64,000 nucleotides of DNA from an uncultured Planctomycetales bacterium (lineage in GTDB: Bacteria > Omnitrophota > Gorgyraeia > Gygaellales > Profunditerraquicolaceae): NCBI GenBank assembly GCA_964579435.1, contig CAZOGI010000003.1, positions 47,321 to 111,320 on the forward strand. The letters are read 5' to 3'. The notes beneath the pieces were generated by a model, which was given only the letters and a program-made list of their open reading frames with translations, ran no database searches and was not told where the DNA came from. Positions 62,484-64,000 of this stretch are shown one piece after another. The translations under genes and the position numbers were made by a program. Position 1 is the stretch's first letter; the number at the start of each line of letters is the position of its first letter.

Positions 62484-62530
62484 TAAATGTTCGCGATGAG
62501 ACGGCACGTTCATTCAACAAAGGAGGGGGT

Positions 62531-62869
62531 ATGAAGCACCACGTAACGCTCGTAACGGTTTTGGTCATCTGCGGCATGCTGGCCGGCTTTGGCTGCGCAC
62601 AGAAAGCGGCGTCCGCGCGCGAGGCAATCGAGTCTTCGAAAACGCTCAAGACCGCGCAGGAGCAGGCTGCGATGCTGGTCAAGCAGGCGGAGCTTTTTTA
62701 CAGCTCGAAGGAATTCCAGCAGGCAATCGATATCGCGCAGTACATCCTCTCCAACCTCGATAAGGATTCTGCGCAGGCCAAGAGCCTGTTGGAGAAGGCC
62801 ACGAGCGATTTGAAGGCTGCCGCGACGAAGGCGGCGGGTGATGTAGCCGGAAAACTGTTCGGAAAGTAA
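62531..62869 (+). CDS. Putative lipoprotein (112 aa), hypothetical
   Basis: Signal peptide with lipobox LAGFGC; helical, Ala/Lys-rich mature part. Confidence 0.5.
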   Translation: MKHHVTLVTVLVICGMLAGFGCAQKAASAREAIESSKTLKTAQEQAAMLVKQAELFYSSKEFQQAIDIAQYILSNLDKDSAQAKSLLEKATSDLKAAATKAAGDVAGKLFGK

Positions 62870-62881
62870 AAGGAGGCCGGA

Positions 62882-63199
62882 ATGAAACGGATCTTCGTCG
62901 TATTGTTCTTGGGGGTGTTCGTCCTGTCGGCTCCTGTGGCGTTCGCAAAGGAAAAAGGAAAGCCCAGCAGCAAGGCGTATGAGCGCGCTTCCGAGAACGC
63001 GGCTTTTAAAGACGCCGAGAAATTGAAGAAAGAGGCGGAGCGCGAAGCGGAAAAGTCGAAGAAGAAAGCCGAGAAAGAAGCCGCGAAAGCACAGAGAGAA
63101 GCGGAAAAGGCAAAGAAGAAGGCCGAGAAAGAAGCTCAAAGAGCGAAGAATAAGGCCGCGCGCGATGCGGCAAAGCTCAAAGAAGGCGCTGCGCAGTAA
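62882..63199 (+). CDS. Secreted low-complexity protein with (A/K)EKEA-type charged repeats
   Basis: Signal peptide MKRIFVVLFLGVFVLSAPVAFA; repeats KKAEKEAAKAQREAEKAKKKAEKEAQRAKNKA. Confidence 0.45.
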   Translation: MKRIFVVLFLGVFVLSAPVAFAKEKGKPSSKAYERASENAAFKDAEKLKKEAEREAEKSKKKAEKEAAKAQREAEKAKKKAEKEAQRAKNKAARDAAKLKEGAAQ

Positions 63200-63277
63200 C
63201 GCGGTTCCCGAAACTACCGGCCTCCGAGCCGTTTTAAGACCGGTGAGTTCTTTAAGCGAGAGAGGGGGTGAAACAGC

Positions 63278-63445
63278 ATGAAGGTCGTCAAAGTGATTCT
63301 TTCGATATTTCTGCCTCCGGTTGCCGCCTTTTTGCAGGTGGGCGCGACGAAACATCTGTGGATTAACATCATCCTGACGCTTTTGATGGGTATTCCGGGT
63401 ATGATCCACGCCCTGTGGCTGGTCCTGACCGATAAGAAGCAATAG
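63278..63445 (+). CDS. Pmp3/YqaE (UPF0057) family small membrane protein, 55 aa
   Basis: MKVVKVILSIFLPPVAAFLQVG...INIILTLLMGIPGMIHALWLV matches the Pmp3 family; under 60 aa so absent from the ORF track; RBS GAGAGGGGG. Confidence 0.6.
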   Translation: MKVVKVILSIFLPPVAAFLQVGATKHLWINIILTLLMGIPGMIHALWLVLTDKKQ

Positions 63446-63466
63446 CGTTAGGGCCCGGTGTGTCAA

Positions 63467-63502
63467 ACGGCTCCGTCCTTTACGGGCGGGGCCGTTTTTT
63501 TT
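63467..63502 (+). terminator. Intrinsic terminator (12-bp stem with two G-U pairs plus T8)
   Basis: ACGGCTCCGTCC-TTTAC-GGGCGGGGCCGT then TTTTTTTT; followed by a TATAAT box at 63526-63531. Confidence 0.5.
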
Positions 63503-63537
63503 CTCCTTCCGGGGCCGGGGGATGCTATAATACACCC

Positions 63538-63852
63538 ATGAAAAAATGCCCCTTTTGCGCAGAGGAAATACTGGATGAGGCAATCAAGTGCAAACACTGC
63601 GGCGAATTCATGCGGCGAAACGCCCCGCCCTGGTACGCGCGCTCGTCGAGTTTCGTGGTCGCCTTTCTCTTCGTCGGGCCGCTTGCCCTGCCGCTTCTGT
63701 GGTTCAATCCGCGACGCAGCCTCAGGTATAAGCTTATCGGGACGTTCATCGTCGTCGCGGTAACCGCGTTACTGAGCGTCCTGATGGCCCGTTCGCTCAA
63801 GGCGATCATTTCCTATTACGGTGCCGTTTTCGGTCCCTGTCCGCTGCAGTAA
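63538..63852 (+). CDS. Zinc-ribbon domain membrane protein, hypothetical
   Basis: MKKCPFCAEEILDEAIKCKHCGEF zinc ribbon then two TM helices; start at the internal ATG after the TATAAT promoter. Confidence 0.45.
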   Translation: MKKCPFCAEEILDEAIKCKHCGEFMRRNAPPWYARSSSFVVAFLFVGPLALPLLWFNPRRSLRYKLIGTFIVVAVTALLSVLMARSLKAIISYYGAVFGPCPLQ

Positions 63853-63884
63853 CCGCTGACCGCGGCGGCCCAAGGCACTACCCT

Positions 63885-64000
63885 ATGAAAACCTCATTTT
63901 CTCTTGGTGATGCAGTCGCGCGCACGGTGCAGAAATACCGCCTGCTCCGCAGGGGGGAGTCGGTCGTCGTGGGCGTCTCCGGGGGCGGTGATTCGGTTGC
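63885..64000 (+). CDS. tilS: tRNA(Ile)-lysidine synthetase TilS, N-terminal fragment (continues beyond the window)
   Basis: PP-loop VVVGVSGGGDSV after YRLLRRGESV. Confidence 0.6.
   Translation, partial: MKTSFSLGDAVARTVQKYRLLRRGESVVVGVSGGGDSV

Overview
High-GC (~62%) bacterial chromosome segment, almost all genes on the + strand. It looks like a core, syntenic region of an anaerobe; the lineage cannot be assigned from sequence alone. Five things stand out.

1. A near-complete type II secretion / pseudopilus cluster at 1-9775: gspF (3' fragment), G, H, I, J, K, L, M, then an RHH regulator, a MerR-like regulator, exeA, a gspC/pilP-like gene and the gspD secretin. A standalone CheY receiver and a GAF/HD-GYP c-di-GMP phosphodiesterase follow.

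2. A four-gene operon of signal-peptide proteins at 35766-41898 that resembles a divergent sigma/archaic (Csu/spore-coat-U type) chaperone-usher fimbrial system: a 3-domain SCPU-like protein, an SCPU-type subunit ending GTYSGTATITITAY, a PapD-like chaperone-sized protein, and a 954-aa outer-membrane protein with a TPR N-terminus, a secretin-N/BON-like module, a large beta-rich core and two CnaB/SdrD-B-like C-terminal domains. An RHH regulator sits just downstream. It is paralogous to the RHH gene in the T2SS cluster (shared FLDK[LI]GKDALFSTG motif); both are preceded by strong GC hairpins.

3. Three nearly identical 80-bp direct repeats (21867-22110) lying between a tRNA(CAU) and a tRNA-Val(CAC).

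4. A bactofilin-HTH fusion gene next to a membrane-anchored HTH gene (53620-54491).

5. A partial Wood-Ljungdahl corrinoid-protein module at 55201-61002 (acsC, RACo, cooC/acsF, acsD, acsE) with no cooS/acsB in the window, preceded by larB.

Other content is housekeeping: lipid/glycolipid biosynthesis genes, pcm, tonB-like, cvpA, nif3, dnaG-rpoD, rnpB (RNase P RNA, 23362-23722), yebC-ruvC-ruvA, scpB, pheA-hisC-aroF-tyrA-cmk, lepA-lepB-pgsA-plsY, gatCAB, ctpA, tsaD, mgtC, dgkA and the tilS 5' end. tyrA carries an apparent frameshift. There is no CRISPR array, IS element, integrase or prophage signature. Most long minus-strand ORFs in the provided track are GC-driven shadow ORFs.
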